DNA of 64,000 bases, taken from Botryllus schlosseri. Lineage: Eukaryota. The DNA is taken from assembly GCA_051294905.1 (NCBI GenBank), contig CM119372.1:9612001-9676000 (forward strand), given 5' to 3'. Made by a program: the position numbers and the translations under genes. Every line of letters starts with the position of its first letter. Positions within the stretch are counted from its first letter, which is position 1. Below are positions 10,567 to 24,200 of the stretch, in pieces. The notes beneath the pieces are model-generated. The model made no database searches. It saw only the letters and a list, made by a program, of their open reading frames with translations, and had not been told where the DNA came from.

Positions 10567-13040
10567 CAGACATGGGGTGATTACTTCACGAATGTAATCG
10601 ATTGCGATTACGATTACTTGTGACTCCCGCGATTACGATTACGATTACAGCAAAATCAGGAAGTAGTCGATTACGATTACGATTACATTTCAAAAGTAAT
10701 CACGATTACTCACGATTACATTTGTTTTGCTTCCTAGAACTAATTTCAGAAGAGATATTGGAAGACAATATAAGACTTGCGATGAAAAGGTCTAATGAGA
10801 TAACAACTTTATTTATAAATCATACGCCATTTGCTTGTTACGTCATAATGTACCCATTGCCCAACTCTATGCAGGACTATTTGTCGCATCCAACGATTTG
10901 CATTCTTGCCAGGTCCGTAACTGCCACACCCCAAATTCCCCAATAGGACCGGGAGCGAGCTCTAAGCGGACTCAAAGGTATTTTCAAGAGAGTTAATTAA
11001 CTTGAAAATTTTCTTCGAGCGTCGGGATTTATTGTCTCTAAATAGCTTGATCTTGAAATGCATACCGCTCCCCCTCAAGAAAAAAGCATGCATAATTTAT
11101 AGGAATATGCATTTCGGTGGCGGTCATTACCCCGCCACGACACACCAAAAGACGTATGCAATTTCGGCCAACATGCAACTCCACAAAGTGTGCTACCAGA
11201 GAATGACCTTGGCCAAAACTTTGGGTACGTGTCCATTGTCTGTAGCCGTGACGAATAGTCCGGTCATTCCAATCTGAACCCTAACAATGCAAATGCCAAC
11301 CGGGGCACTCACAGACGAATGAAGACATGACAATTTGTATGTGCGTCTCACGAAAGTTTTTCTTTTAGTCTGCTACGTTTGGGCGATTACAGTATCTTTT
11401 GATTATATAAAAGACGGGAGGTCACGAATTAACAACATACAAAAAAGTAATTATAACAACATACCAGATGCTATAATTATGAATTACGTGCCCCCAGCTC
11501 TACCGGTAAATCTGAATGAATAGAAATATAATGCAATTACCAATATTATTGACGAAATTCAGTCATCAACTTGAAAACTGACCACCCTATGGGTCCGACT
11601 CGAGTCGCGATTTTTTGGTGACTAAATCGGACTCGAGTCATTTTTTCAAATGCGTAAATTGACTCGACTCGAGTCAATTTTTGTATTGACTCGACTTGTA
11701 CTCGAGTCGTGCAAGTCATATGACTCGAGACTAGAACGGCTAAGACATTCCATGTAACTTCGAAGAATAGTAAATTTACCACATTATTTGCATTTTGTCT
11801 ATCAGTCCTGATGTTTGGAAATGGGGCCGTAAACTGTGAAAACTGATGAAAATTACTATATTATGAACACGAGCCATTCTAAATCACTCGAGCAGAGTTG
11901 AAAAAGTGGGTTGAACCGGAATGATCTGAAAATTGATCTGAGAACATAACGACTTGGACTCGTACTCGAGTCAAACACTATGACTCGGACTCGACCCTAT
12001 ACTAGGTGACTTGGACTCGGACTTGACTCGGGGGTGAATTGAAAATGACTCGACTTGACTCGAGTCAAAACTATGAAAGTGAGATTGACTTGTAACTCGG
12101 AACATTGTGACTTTGGTTACAACCCTACCAATACCAATGTTTGGAGTGGGGGACAAATTGCTGTTTTGGTCCTGATTGTACATACAACCCACGCAAACAT
12201 GGCGACTGGTATAAATGTCGAGTGAAGAATTGTGAAATAACGATTGGCGCCCGTTCCAACCAAGTAGAGTCATATGAGAATAAGATTAAGTGAACTTAAA
12301 ATTCTACCTTACACTTAATACAGAAACTGAAAGTTGCCGTTACGAGAAACGGCATAGAACGGCTCGATTATGATATATATCACCAGCTGTTGATTTTAAC
12401 CATCATAATGTTTTATTTGACGAGTACAAAATTTCAAATCTTTGTCCGGTGTCCGTACAATACATACGTATACTACAGAGATAGGCCTACTGCTCGCCAA
12501 GCAGCAACGCTGCAACGGTCAAACTGTGTTTAACTAAGCATGACCAAACATCAATACATAAATTACTATTTGAAACTATCGGCTGAGTGGTGATTACTAT
12601 CTTACTGCGAGGTAATGGCGTCTGGAATGTATTGATAACCTGATATACAGCATGGCTTACACTGTTCTAACAATCACACAACAATGTACATCGAATTTAT
12701 ATTTACTACGTGTGGATACTTCTTACGCAAGAAATGGCAAAGCTAATACTTCTGACGTAATAATGAGCAGTGGCGTTTGAAAATCAATCGTTTACGCTAT
12801 CAATAACCTGGTAGAATATTTCTTCCTTGTTCACGAATGTCCGGTTATGTCATATTCATTGTACAAATAAAAAGTAATCGTTCTTTCACAAAGAAATCGA
12901 TTAGATATGTGAAGTAGTCGATTACGATTACGATTACTTTGGATTTTTTTCGAATGTAATCGATTGCGATTACGATTACTTGAAAATGCTGTAATCGTCG
13001 TAATCGATTACGATTACTAATCGCGATTACCCCATGTCTG
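10567..13040. mobile_element. 2.47-kb non-autonomous hAT element with (CGATTA)n subterminal repeats, containing nested repeats
   Basis: TIR CAGACATGGGGT...ACCCCATGTCTG; perfect TSD ACGTGCAT (10559-10566, 13041-13048); CGATTA arrays at both ends; no transposase ORF. Confidence 0.93.
11590..12127 (-). mobile_element. GACTCGAGTC-repeat MITE nested in the 10567-13040 element
   Basis: Reverse-complement homolog of 31627-32100 (terminus AGGGTTGTAACCAA); GACTCGAGTC arrays. Confidence 0.75.
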
Positions 13041-14400
13041 ACGTGCATACATTGTACAATAGGTGAATTTATTATACTTATTATATTTATTCGACACCAA
13101 TTAGTTATAATTCGTTGAAATTTTACTCGAAAATTTCGCATTATGTTGCCCGACTCAATCCACTTTTCTGAATCGCCGAGTCATCAGAAGTCTACATAGT
13201 TTAGTCGTTTTTGTAGAGTGACTTAAGTGCAGTCAAGTCACGTGAAAAAAATCATGTCTAGATTGCATGGCCTCTACCAACTATAACTATAGTTGCACTG
13301 TGAAAATCAGATGCGATTTCGGCTGAGCATGGACCCCATTGACCCACAATAATTCACTTGCCACATTTGTGGCAGGCTAACAATCGCTCCATTGCCTTTC
13401 CGCTCGCTCCATCAAAAAAATCGTTGATTGTGCTAGTATTCGCAAACGTCATCAAGCACTGGATTTGGAAGGTTCTATAGTTACGCCCATGCGATGTGAC
13501 AATCGTACGTCCGACGGTCCGTCAACGGAGACCATTGAAATGCTGTGTGAGCCGACGCACTGTATGATGGACCACTGTCGGGGGAGTTGACGTATTATAG
13601 TCTGTAGATCCACCGCCGTCGCCGCGAGAGACCTTGGCCAGTATCACGTTTCGAAGTGTGCGAGTTTTATCTGATGAGCTACTCCCCTGTGCTGCTCAGA
13701 GAAAGACCAGACGAAGGCAATGAAAAAGCGAACAACAGGAGCAAGGGAAAGTAAAACAACCGGGATATCAAGATCTGTCACACCACTGTTAGGTGTTAGC
13801 CCTACATCGGGAATTAGGCCGATACGGGTGTTGGATTGAAATACCTATATGTGGTCGTTGCGACGTCCTCCTATCGGAATTACACATTGCGTTGTCTTGT
13901 GTATCGGATGTACCTTGAGTGTCTTGAGTGGACAAAATAAGAGAACCTCAATTACGCACTAGTTCCACCAAATTTTTCTTCATTATAATGTTGATCTATA
14001 GATCCAATGTACAAACCTATATAGGTCACCATATATGTAGCCGTCTATAAGTTTGGTTCTGGAAACTGTCCTCTGAGAAAAAGACTGCGATCGGTTAAAA
14101 TAATGAAGATCGACATTTTTCCATAAGAATATATTGTTCAGTAAGTAGGCCTAGCCTATCTCATCACGTTCGCAAATTCATTGCCGTTATCCTGAATTAG
14201 TTTCTAAGTGGGTTTAGGTCACGCACCACATAATCCAGATTTTAACGGCGCTGCAAAGATGATCACGATGAAGTGCAGGAAGTCGCGTCATTATTCTTCG
14301 AATTGTCATCGATCTTTATGTCCACCAGATCTCTATTTGGTCACCAATGACCATTTTCTTCAAACCTTCCAAGCATAGGCCTTGCTGCGGATTACGACGG

Positions 14401-16719
14401 TCATTTTACTACAGATTGCTCTGGTGTGCTTCGTCGCTCCTCTTGGCTACTTTTTACTCTTGTGGACTTGTTAGATTTACGCGATTCTCGTGACGTTGAT
14501 TTTACAGACTGTACCAATCTTACTTCACCTTGCCTTGCCCTGCTGGTTAACCCGTCATCCTTGTATAGTCGGCAAACCGGAGCAAGTCTGTCCTTCCAAT
14601 CAACAAAAGAGCAAACAATGCAAATGACGTTGACCAGGAGATTTCCATCGCGTATTAAATTGAAAACAATTGTCGGTGTAGTGTTCGGCATTGCTATGGT
14701 GGCTATGAAAGCTGCGCAATCTGCTATGAAACAAATCCCGGTGGTCATGCACGCACGCCGAACGAGAGCGATCAACAGCTTGTTTTCTGGGCTGAAAATA
14801 TAAATTATTGATTATGAGTTTGTACATTCTTATCGCTATAGAAATAAATCGTCCTGATGGAATTAAATTTTAAGCAATTTAATCGTGATATATTTTGAAA
14901 TTAAGTTACGTTTTTATGTAATCCAACATGATTAAAAATATATTCTAGTCAAGAGTGCATAAAAACTGAATATAGTGACTGTATCTGATCAAACTTCAGA
15001 GTATATGGGTGGATCGACGAGAATGCTTCACTCAACGGAACTCACATTGATATGCGGCTTCTTTAGCTGGATAAAGTGTATTTAGCAGCAGCTGCATGTT
15101 GATTTAAATGTCTACTGCGATTGATTGAATCACATTGTACGTGAGATAATTGTCGAGGTCTATGCGGAATTTTGACATGCCAATTGCCTAGGCAAACATT
15201 TCAATGTATACAATATACAATACATATACTCACAGCTCATTTTCGGTCTCTTGTGAATGTTCAAGAAGTGGATACACGAACAGACCCAGCAATGTGATTT
15301 GTATAGCTAGTATTCCTACAAACAGTACTATCTTCGGAGAGTCGTTACCGGACATCTCAACGCACCCCCTGGCAGAAGTCTTGTAGTCGTATATCGCGAT
15401 CGTCGATATCAAACCTGATACAGATCATATTTTTCAGAGATCGGTTATTTATGTCGATGTTTTTTATTCAGAAGTATACCTGACACAATAAATACTAGAA
15501 AGATGGGAAGAATTGCGCAGCTCAGCCATCTGAGGTATTTGCTACGCTGTAGCGCCAATGTGGAACTACTGTAAAATACCCGCTGTCTGATCCACAAGAA
15601 GCTATAAACGCATACGACTCCGCAGGGGTAGAATACAAAACTGAATGTCTGTAATGAATACCATCATGTTACAAGTTAGGAGTATTTTTATCTATTATAA
15701 TATAGGCAACTGACCATCATCACTTTGCAAGTTTCATTCGTAGTTTCGCGCAAGTATATTGAAGGAATGTCGACGATGCAATTGAGAAAAGAGAATACGC
15801 CACTTGCCACGCATAAATATCCAAGCCAGTTACTCAAGCGCTCTATAATACACAAATATGTAATCAAGCAATCGAAGATCAATTGAATATATTTATTCAG
15901 ATGATTAACCACTCCAATGTTTGAGATGGGATAGTACCGCAGCTTATCAACATTCTAAAACGAATATATTCTGTAATAATTAGGGATGGGCAGAATCGAA
16001 TCACAGCTGATTCGAATCAAACTGCATATTCAAACGAATTTTGAATCACTTATAGCCCATATCAATATTCAAATTGCTGTCAGTCCAGAATGTATAATCT
16101 CAGTAGTTGCGATATGTTTCTTACACAATGAGTCCTGAAACACATTGCTGTCCTGTACAAAGAATCCAAATACATATAGGCTGCCCGACAAAAAGTCAGA
16201 ATAGGTATGCCGTAAAACAAATCACGGCCTACCATAGACAGTAGACACGTAACACTGCCACAACTAAGAAATAGAACGGGCTCTCGTCGAGAGACAGTAC
16301 CCTTCGATCTTCTGTCGTATAGTGAAAGTGACAGTCGCATACCGATATAAAAAGGTCATCAACTCATCATGGTCGCAGTTTTGCTGTTTACTTATTCTGA
16401 GAAAATTATAAACTTGAATTTCAATAGTATCAGACACCTCTCATTTAAAAAAAAGGAATAATAAAAGACATTTGGTGAATATGATCTCACTTGATGTCTT
16501 GCCTCTGGATCGGCTACGTAGTGATTTCGAATCTCCTCGTTCCTTGCGTTTGAGCAAGTTATTCCTTTTCCTCATGGCCACGTTATGAACTATCATTGAT
16601 ACCATGACGTAGCCAGCGCAAGAAGAGAGAAAGGTACCAACTATTGGACATCCCACAGTCAAACCTCGACCAACCTCTTCTGCCTTTTCTGCGTTCGTTG
16701 ATTGATTGGCGCTATCCAT
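14401..16719 (-). CDS. Orphan seven-transmembrane (GPCR-like) protein, 365 aa; exons 16719-16491, 15842-15715, 15648-15480, 15414-15234, 14791-14401
   Basis: Five GT-AG-bounded exons in consistent phase (1,0,1,2) total 1098 nt with no internal stop. Seven hydrophobic segments, N-terminal NQS sequon, Cys before TM3 (TCKV) and in ECL2 (RGCV), YSFLWIRQRVFY after TM3, LFVYPL in TM5, SFVDWKDRL after TM7. Confidence 0.88.
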
Positions 16720-19700
16720 ACTATAAAATGACGTATTTATGCATCGAGACTGCGAAAATTTCTGAAACAAAATTATGAACATCTTCACACTTAGTAAATA
16801 CTACCGAAGAATAATTTTCACTTTAAAAAAAATTAAGGCTGCTGACTGCTGACTGCTGGATAAAGTGGCGCGATTCAAAAATAACGCGATGTTTAAGGAC
16901 CTTAGTACTTGAGCAAATCATGTCGAGAAGTGACGGCGTACACAGCGCCTGGATAGCAATCACCAAAACCTTCCCAAGACCTATTTAATGAGTAACTAGC
17001 GAAGTTTCAGGCAAGGTTTAATTAAACACCCACTGTATGTTCTATCGGTGTGTGTAATGAATCAAAAGCTCGCGTCACTATTCGGTGCGAATGAATATAT
17101 TCAGCAGGATAATATTCGATGATGATGATGGTCGATTATTATAACTCTCCTGTAACGCGCAAACAACCTTGAACGAGCCTGCTTGCGAATTCACTATGGT
17201 GCTATTGAATTTAGCATGTGCGATTGTTGTGCGTGCACGACTGCACGTGCACGTCACCAGCATATTGCGGGGTCCAGACTCTGCTCGATTTGCCCATAGT
17301 TTGTATACATTCATATCCCCTGTACTTTCCATGTTATGACATTGTATCTGTATTTTATCATCCATTGTGCAATGTTTATGCCTCTTTCAGCGATTTTACA
17401 CTTATTATTTTCTTTTATTATTTTCTTTTGAATGAGGTGAGTGTTTGATTAACACACTTCACTAACGAGATTTCGACTCCTTTTATTTTGTATTTTATGT
17501 TATCGCGATCTTATGTAGTTTTTAGAATATTATAATGAATAGAAGAATGGATGATGAATCGATTGTGCCTTGCGCGGTACTTTCAGATAATCAACGTGCC
17601 TCTTCATTTCCATTGCTTATCCATTTTATGCATTCAGTGTGTGATCGCAAATGTGCTGCGCATGTCCCATATTTTACATGTTCTTCTTTTATTACTATCT
17701 ATAATCCGAAGTTGGTTCTTGATTCTCCGTTGTATCTTGTCATTCTACATCGGTGTTTTCAGCTGATGTCGGCTGAGCAGGTCGATATACTCAATTTAGG
17801 GCTTCCTCGCAATTGTTCATGCCTCCATCAAGATGATTAGTGTGTGAAAGTTTGCATGAGCACAGTGCATAAACTATATATAGAGTAGGGGTCTTATAAT
17901 GATATTCGGCAAAATAAACTAGCAATAGCCTTGCTGCAATCATGTGATCAGTCTTACTGTGCAGTATATATTTACAATTATATTGTCACTCATCCATATC
18001 GGCAATTCTCCTAACCAAAGAAGGAGATGGTAGAGATGGTCCGTTTCACCAGATTCAGCACTTCAGCCGTTTACCGTTGGAAGTGTGACGATGTTTGTGT
18101 TTCTTGAAAGTACGCGCAGGTGATTTCGAGAAGAATAGTCGTTCGTATGAGGTGCTCAAGGTGTGATAGATATGGAACAGAGACACCAACGAAACGATGC
18201 TTGTTATCGATAGACGAGATAGGAATGAGAATCATAAACAAGAAATGGTCAAACGATGGCGTTCCATTATTATTTATCAACTGCGCCTCATTGTAAGTCA
18301 TTTCACACTACAGTGTATTTTTACTACTGTGGTGGTAATATGTGTTCAAGTACGTAGCAGTTACAACTGGTACGAACTTTCGAGGTTGTGAGAAATTGCT
18401 GATCCATATTGTGTTTCAATAACACGAATTTCGTCCTGTCAAATACCGTTGCGGATACTTGAAAGCACAACAATGTCGTAGCTAATACGCAATATGATAA
18501 CCCATATTTCACCTGGTATTGCTTCCTCCTTCGTAGGAAATATCGGTTCGAAATTACTTTGGACTGAACTCAATGCGTTCCTCGTGCGGAATTATATGCG
18601 AATCAAAATCGGCCGAAACGACAAGGTTATAAGTTATCAGGATTCAGGAAAGGCCCGTCGTATAAGTTATTGTCGAATTATGAGGAGTCAAATTAGTAAG
18701 TCTTTATTATCAACTACGGACGTTAATTGAAGGAGTACGTTAAGCGCGACTTGGCTTCCGACACAGTCTCGACTGCTTCGTCAGGCTTCAGGCATTTCGT
18801 CATTAAACAATGGCTATCGTGTATGTTCCCAAGCAATCAAATCACCCACGAGGTAAATACTTGATCGAGAATTGTGTACATATACAGTCCATCTTTCGTG
18901 ATGTATTTAGTAAACGGCAATGTCAATATCCCAATATCTTGTGGATTAAAAATAATTTAAATCAGAAATTCACGAGTGAAACAGTTTCAACGTGAAACAC
19001 TGCCTTGCTATCTCTCGACGCTTCGCTTCAATGAACGTACAGTCGTAAACATACGCGGAAAAGTCGTAGATCGATCGATGGACTTTGCATGTGACTACGA
19101 GTGAGGTTTCAAAGACCTTGAGAATAATTTCGCTTGGCATCAGTCGCGATATTTTGATAAAATACTATCTATTTTGTTGGATTTTCAGTTGTATATAGAG
19201 TGTATTTAACCTGGAAATCTACGAGGTAAACCGTTTGTTTTAAAATCATTTTTATTCAAAATATGTTTATCATACGTTGTTGAAAACGTATGTTGCACTG
19301 TTTCATTTACGTACCGCCACAGATCAATTGTTACGTAACGCGCAAAATGACGTAAATATTGACGTATATGACGTAAAATTCAATATTGAGACTTTCGTCC
19401 CCCTGTGCCTTCCTCCTCCTTCTGACTACGTTGCGGGGATCTATACTAGAATTATTGTCGGTCGCCAAACCAATCTAATATTTTCCGGGAGTAATAACTA
19501 TAACTATAATAAATATCCATATCCAAACATGTCTATTTTCGATATTGATTTTTTGAATTAATTCTTTACGACTTGTATAAGTTGAAACACAACCCTGATT
19601 GTATTATCGACTAATCTCACGAATTTATAAGCTTTGAGATCCTGCGACGGAAAGTCGGTAACAAACTGCATATCTAGTTATCTACCGTCTTGGAGTTTGA

Positions 19701-21285
19701 GGCGCTGTGCTGCCAAGTGATATTCTCATCCATCAAGTCTAGCCGTATGCAACGCTTCCATCCAAGTCTTTGCACCCACAGCACTATTGGCAAATTTCTG
19801 GTAACTGCGGGTCTGTAGCTGCCGTTCATACCCGCCCATCTTATAAGCGAAAGGTATCCACCTGGCACCAGATGCCTCTTGTAGACTGTAGACGCGGTAT
19901 GTTTTCGCGCATGCTATGAAATTGATGGAACAGTAGTCTGATCAATAACGACAAAAGTCAGTCTTTGCGCAAGCACTATCTAGAACTCCAATCAATTACA
20001 TTGTAGCGGAGACAGGATCGTTGCCATACTTTCCAGGCGAAAGATACGCGCTGAAGTTCACGTGCAGGTTAACGCAAGGTTGTGCTCTCTTTCTGATGTC
20101 AATTGAAATAATCCCTAAGCAAACGATTCGAATGAAACAAATTAAGATGGATATCTGCATATTTCACCCCACACCGCACGTACCGAGTAAGCCATGGCTT
20201 CGTTGGCTTTATGCCGTATTCACTGATCATGATCAAAGGAGGTTGCCGAATATGATGTGGATTGCGGATGCATATCATATTAGTGTTTGAATTACAACAA
20301 AATTGGCAAAATTCTAAAATTCTACGAAGATAATAGACAGCGGTGATCATTAACAAAGTATTTCTACATTCTCGGAGTACCCAAGTAGATTTTTTGTACT
20401 TGACGTTCTTACTTAAGTGATTATATGCTCAGACTCTCTGCGTGCATCACTTTGACACTAATCAAACAATTTTCGACGCAAAACTACCACCACATTTTTA
20501 CACTGTTGTAAGCAGGGTGCATTTAAAGGAAAAAATCAATTTATAACGAACATGTTTAAAACATGGCCCTTGATTAAAACGTTTTTTAGCAGTGACGTCA
20601 CGGATATTCAGTTGTGACATCACAACGGTGTGGCATTGACAATTGAAATTATAGGGTAAATATGGTTCCCTTGACGTAAACGACTTCCGACCCCTGTCAT
20701 AAACGGACAAAAAAATATCTTTGACCTGGACTACAACGTTCGGAAGCTTTTTTACGGTCGGCGGTCATCATCATCAGAACATCCCTTCCGTACCAATGAT
20801 CTATATCTACGTGTTATAACAGTTGAACTGACGACGATTTGGAGGGTTCTAACCATTCCAATATGTATACGTTACCACATCAATTTGCCGAAATAGCCTC
20901 TGTATGGTGGTACCGAAATATATTTTCGAAAATTGCTGTATTCATATGGTCAACAGTCGTTTTGCGTTGCGGCGAATATGCATTTTGGCTATAGCCATCC
21001 TCCGATTTACTACTAACAGCATGCGACACCTCCAAATCTACTTCATAAAACTGCTTACTTGAGTAGTTTTCAAACTATCCATTTTCTACTTCTACTTGAC
21101 GAAGTTTTTGCATGTCTTGGTAATAGCTACTTTTATTTTTACTAGAGTAAAAATTTATGGCATTACCTGTACTTGAGTAGATAAACCGGCTACATGACCA
21201 CATCTGCGAATAGAACATATGTTGTGCGTCGAAGATATACATCGCTAACTTTATGACATTATATCCCTTGCAGATATATATTATA

Positions 21286-24200
21286 ATGTTGATACGAATT
21301 TTATTTTACTTCTGCATCTGCTGGGAGTTATCATCGGGGATCACCTGTCTCGACTGTAAGCACGTTGTAGTGCAATGCAACGCCACGACTTGTCACGTAG
21401 TGGAATGCGAGCAGGTCGTGGATTGCCAGGGAAGCTGCGTGCTCAATTTGCAGTACCAAGGCCAGATTCCAAAAACGGGAATTGCGACATGTATGCCTGG
21501 GGTGAGAGGAGGAACTATTAAGTGTTCATGTTTTAACTTGGTGATATTGGCGCGCGGAAATTATGACCTACTTTTTACTTTCTCAGACGTTACATCTACT
21601 GGATAACTAGAGTACCAATGATGAATATTACTTTGATCCCCTTTACACTCTATAGGCCAGTGGTTCTTAACCTTTTTCTCCGGCGCCCCTTTCAAAAATT
21701 ATCATGCTCCAGCGCCCCCTCATATTGTAAGGACTGTAATAAAGACAATGGGTAAGAGGGAGGGTCGTAACATCACTTCGTCAGCCCCCCTAAAAAACGA
21801 TTGTCTAGCGCACCCATAGCGTGATGAACCAAACCTCGTGACGGCTTCGCCCCCAAGAACCCCAACAACAATCGGGTACGGTCTCATACCCCGTGGTTCG
21901 AATCATCCCGAATTCACATCAGCGATTGGCAATACGGGGAAATTAATGGTATTGGATTTTGTCTTAGTGCTTTGTGTAACTATAAGAAAGTCGACTGAGA
22001 ATGGGATGCATATATCTGCTCACATTGAATTTAGTACCGTATTAATTTCAACATGAATATTGAATGTATTCCAAGCAAAGCAACACATACTGTCTAACGT
22101 TCATGGGTTCATGTGAGGTTGTGAACCACAACACTGGATAGTATCATCCTTTACGATACGATGAAGAAATATTCTGACGATTTCATTTTGTAGCTCTCAA
22201 ATACATGAATATTTAGTTATTCATTTCGTGCACGAAGCTTCAAAACTTATTTTATGTACAAGGGGCTCTCACTCTCAAAAGTTATATACAAGTGCCTCCT
22301 TCGATTTTCACACGCTGTGCGCTGCGGGATATAAACATTTTGTTGAAAATGACGCTAGCAAGCGTGTCGGCATTGTTGTAACGGGAAATCGGCGGCCTAA
22401 AAGTACGCGGAATTCGTTTTACCTGAATTATAATAACCCATTACATATATCAAAACATATGTAGCAAATATCGTCGCGTAGCGCGACCAAAAATTTCGGG
22501 ATTTGACATGTTTTGTGGAATGTTTATTTGCTCTGAATACTTATTAAGGATATGTCCTACTACCACATCATCTATTGCGAAGCCATTTCTCCTCAGCGCC
22601 CCCCATATCGCCCGTTGGCGGGCGCTGGAGGCAAGGTTAAGAACCACTGCTATAGACGTACGGTGTGCAGTATGCATTGTGTTGCACTCTCGATTTGATG
22701 AATTCCTTGCATCGTGAACAGCGTGACTTTTCGTAGTGTATTTACTGTAACGAAAACCATCAATGAAATTCAGTTTTCTTTCATCGGTATGGTTACAATA
22801 ACGACGACAATAATAGATTGCCTTTCGACATCGCCGACGAACAGTCATAGTCAAACATGTCGCCCTCCACATCAAAGTAAGATAAATATATTTGGTTACC
22901 AGTCAGGTTGAAGGCCTACAATTGAAGTCACTTGACGCTTGCTGGGAAATGCCACATGCAAGCATTTACCGACTAGAAATAATAATATTATATCACCGAC
23001 AGTCTTGTGAGACGATCGATGTTTATGTCAGCAATATTCTGCATAAGACACGATTCGCGTGATGTCGTGATTAATGGTTAGTCATACATCTGTCTTGGAA
23101 TGTATTCAATATGTGTAAGTTAAACTGATTTTCAATATTTCCTCGCCGTTACCATATGTGTGGTCAATGGTCATAGGCTCATTTTGGTTGCTTCATAGCT
23201 TGGATATATTTTGCTGTGCAGTGTCTGCTTGTGCGGTATCAGACTGCTGGCCTCACAATCACATGGGCTTTCTAGTAGTTACAACGTCCAGAATTTCGTT
23301 ACGAACTAGCAACGGTGCCGGCGACTTGTCAATAAAATTTGATACTGAAAAACCCATAGGCCTACGTTAATAAGTTAGACAACACATGAGCTCAAGGGAA
23401 ATCTCACAAAGCGAGAAAAACATTTACAGATTACTCTGTCAAAAATGTTCATTGTTCATTGCTCATATGCAAAGTCAGCTTCTGCATATTTCGGCGACTT
23501 TTTGTCCACTCTCTTAGCCCACATGAACTTAGTTCAAACGCACCAGCAGATAATAGGCTCAGCTGGGAACCCATCCCGCGAGCCAATAATTCATTATGGG
23601 TGGGAAAATATCGATCTGCGGGCCGTGCTTCACGCGCAAGCCGCAGCCCGCACAAGTGCACAGTGCACCACACAACCTTGCTTCAAAGCATGTAGCCAGC
23701 TTTGGTTTCTCGCGACATTTACGGTGACACTTGAACGAACCTCGCTTATCGCCGTTTCATACCTGGGTTTCGAGGAGCACGGCTAATCGCCTTGCGTAAA
23801 GTCTGATTTCCTCGCGAGTGGCGATGCCTGCCTGGTTATACCGTACATTTTTGGAGGTAGTTTAATGTTCAACAACGTGTTTCAACGGCCAGCGTTTTGT
23901 TTCGCAGTTCAAAGCTCCGGCGGAGGATGTGCTCGATCAAAGAGAAATTGGTAATTTTTGCGTGCAAGCGAGGGACGCTATACACGATGACGAAGGGAAC
24001 TTGACAGTCTCGCACTGCATGTGCCAGAGTGACAGATGTAATTCCTTCATGATATTTTCTGAAGATGAGATCGAGGAAAAGCCAGAGGAAAAGCCTGCAG
24101 AAATAGAAGGTATAATAATATATATGAGACTCGTGCTTATCCCAGTATAGGCCTAACAATAGACTGAATAGTGAACACTGAGTAGTAGTCAAAGACATAC

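Noticed and set aside
13660..13720. CTGATGAG...GAAA resembling a hammerhead ribozyme core, within a possible solo LTR (~13496-13970)
   Set aside because: Stem II does not close next to GAAA, no stem I/III pairing was found, and no TG...CA ends with a TSD could be confirmed.
16080..16340. 86-aa ORF within intron 1 of the 7TM gene
   Set aside because: In-frame stops follow the nearest acceptor, and the gene splices in phase without it.
17078..18512. Short ORFs, one with a signal-peptide-like start
   Set aside because: No consistent exon chain or recognisable domain could be built.
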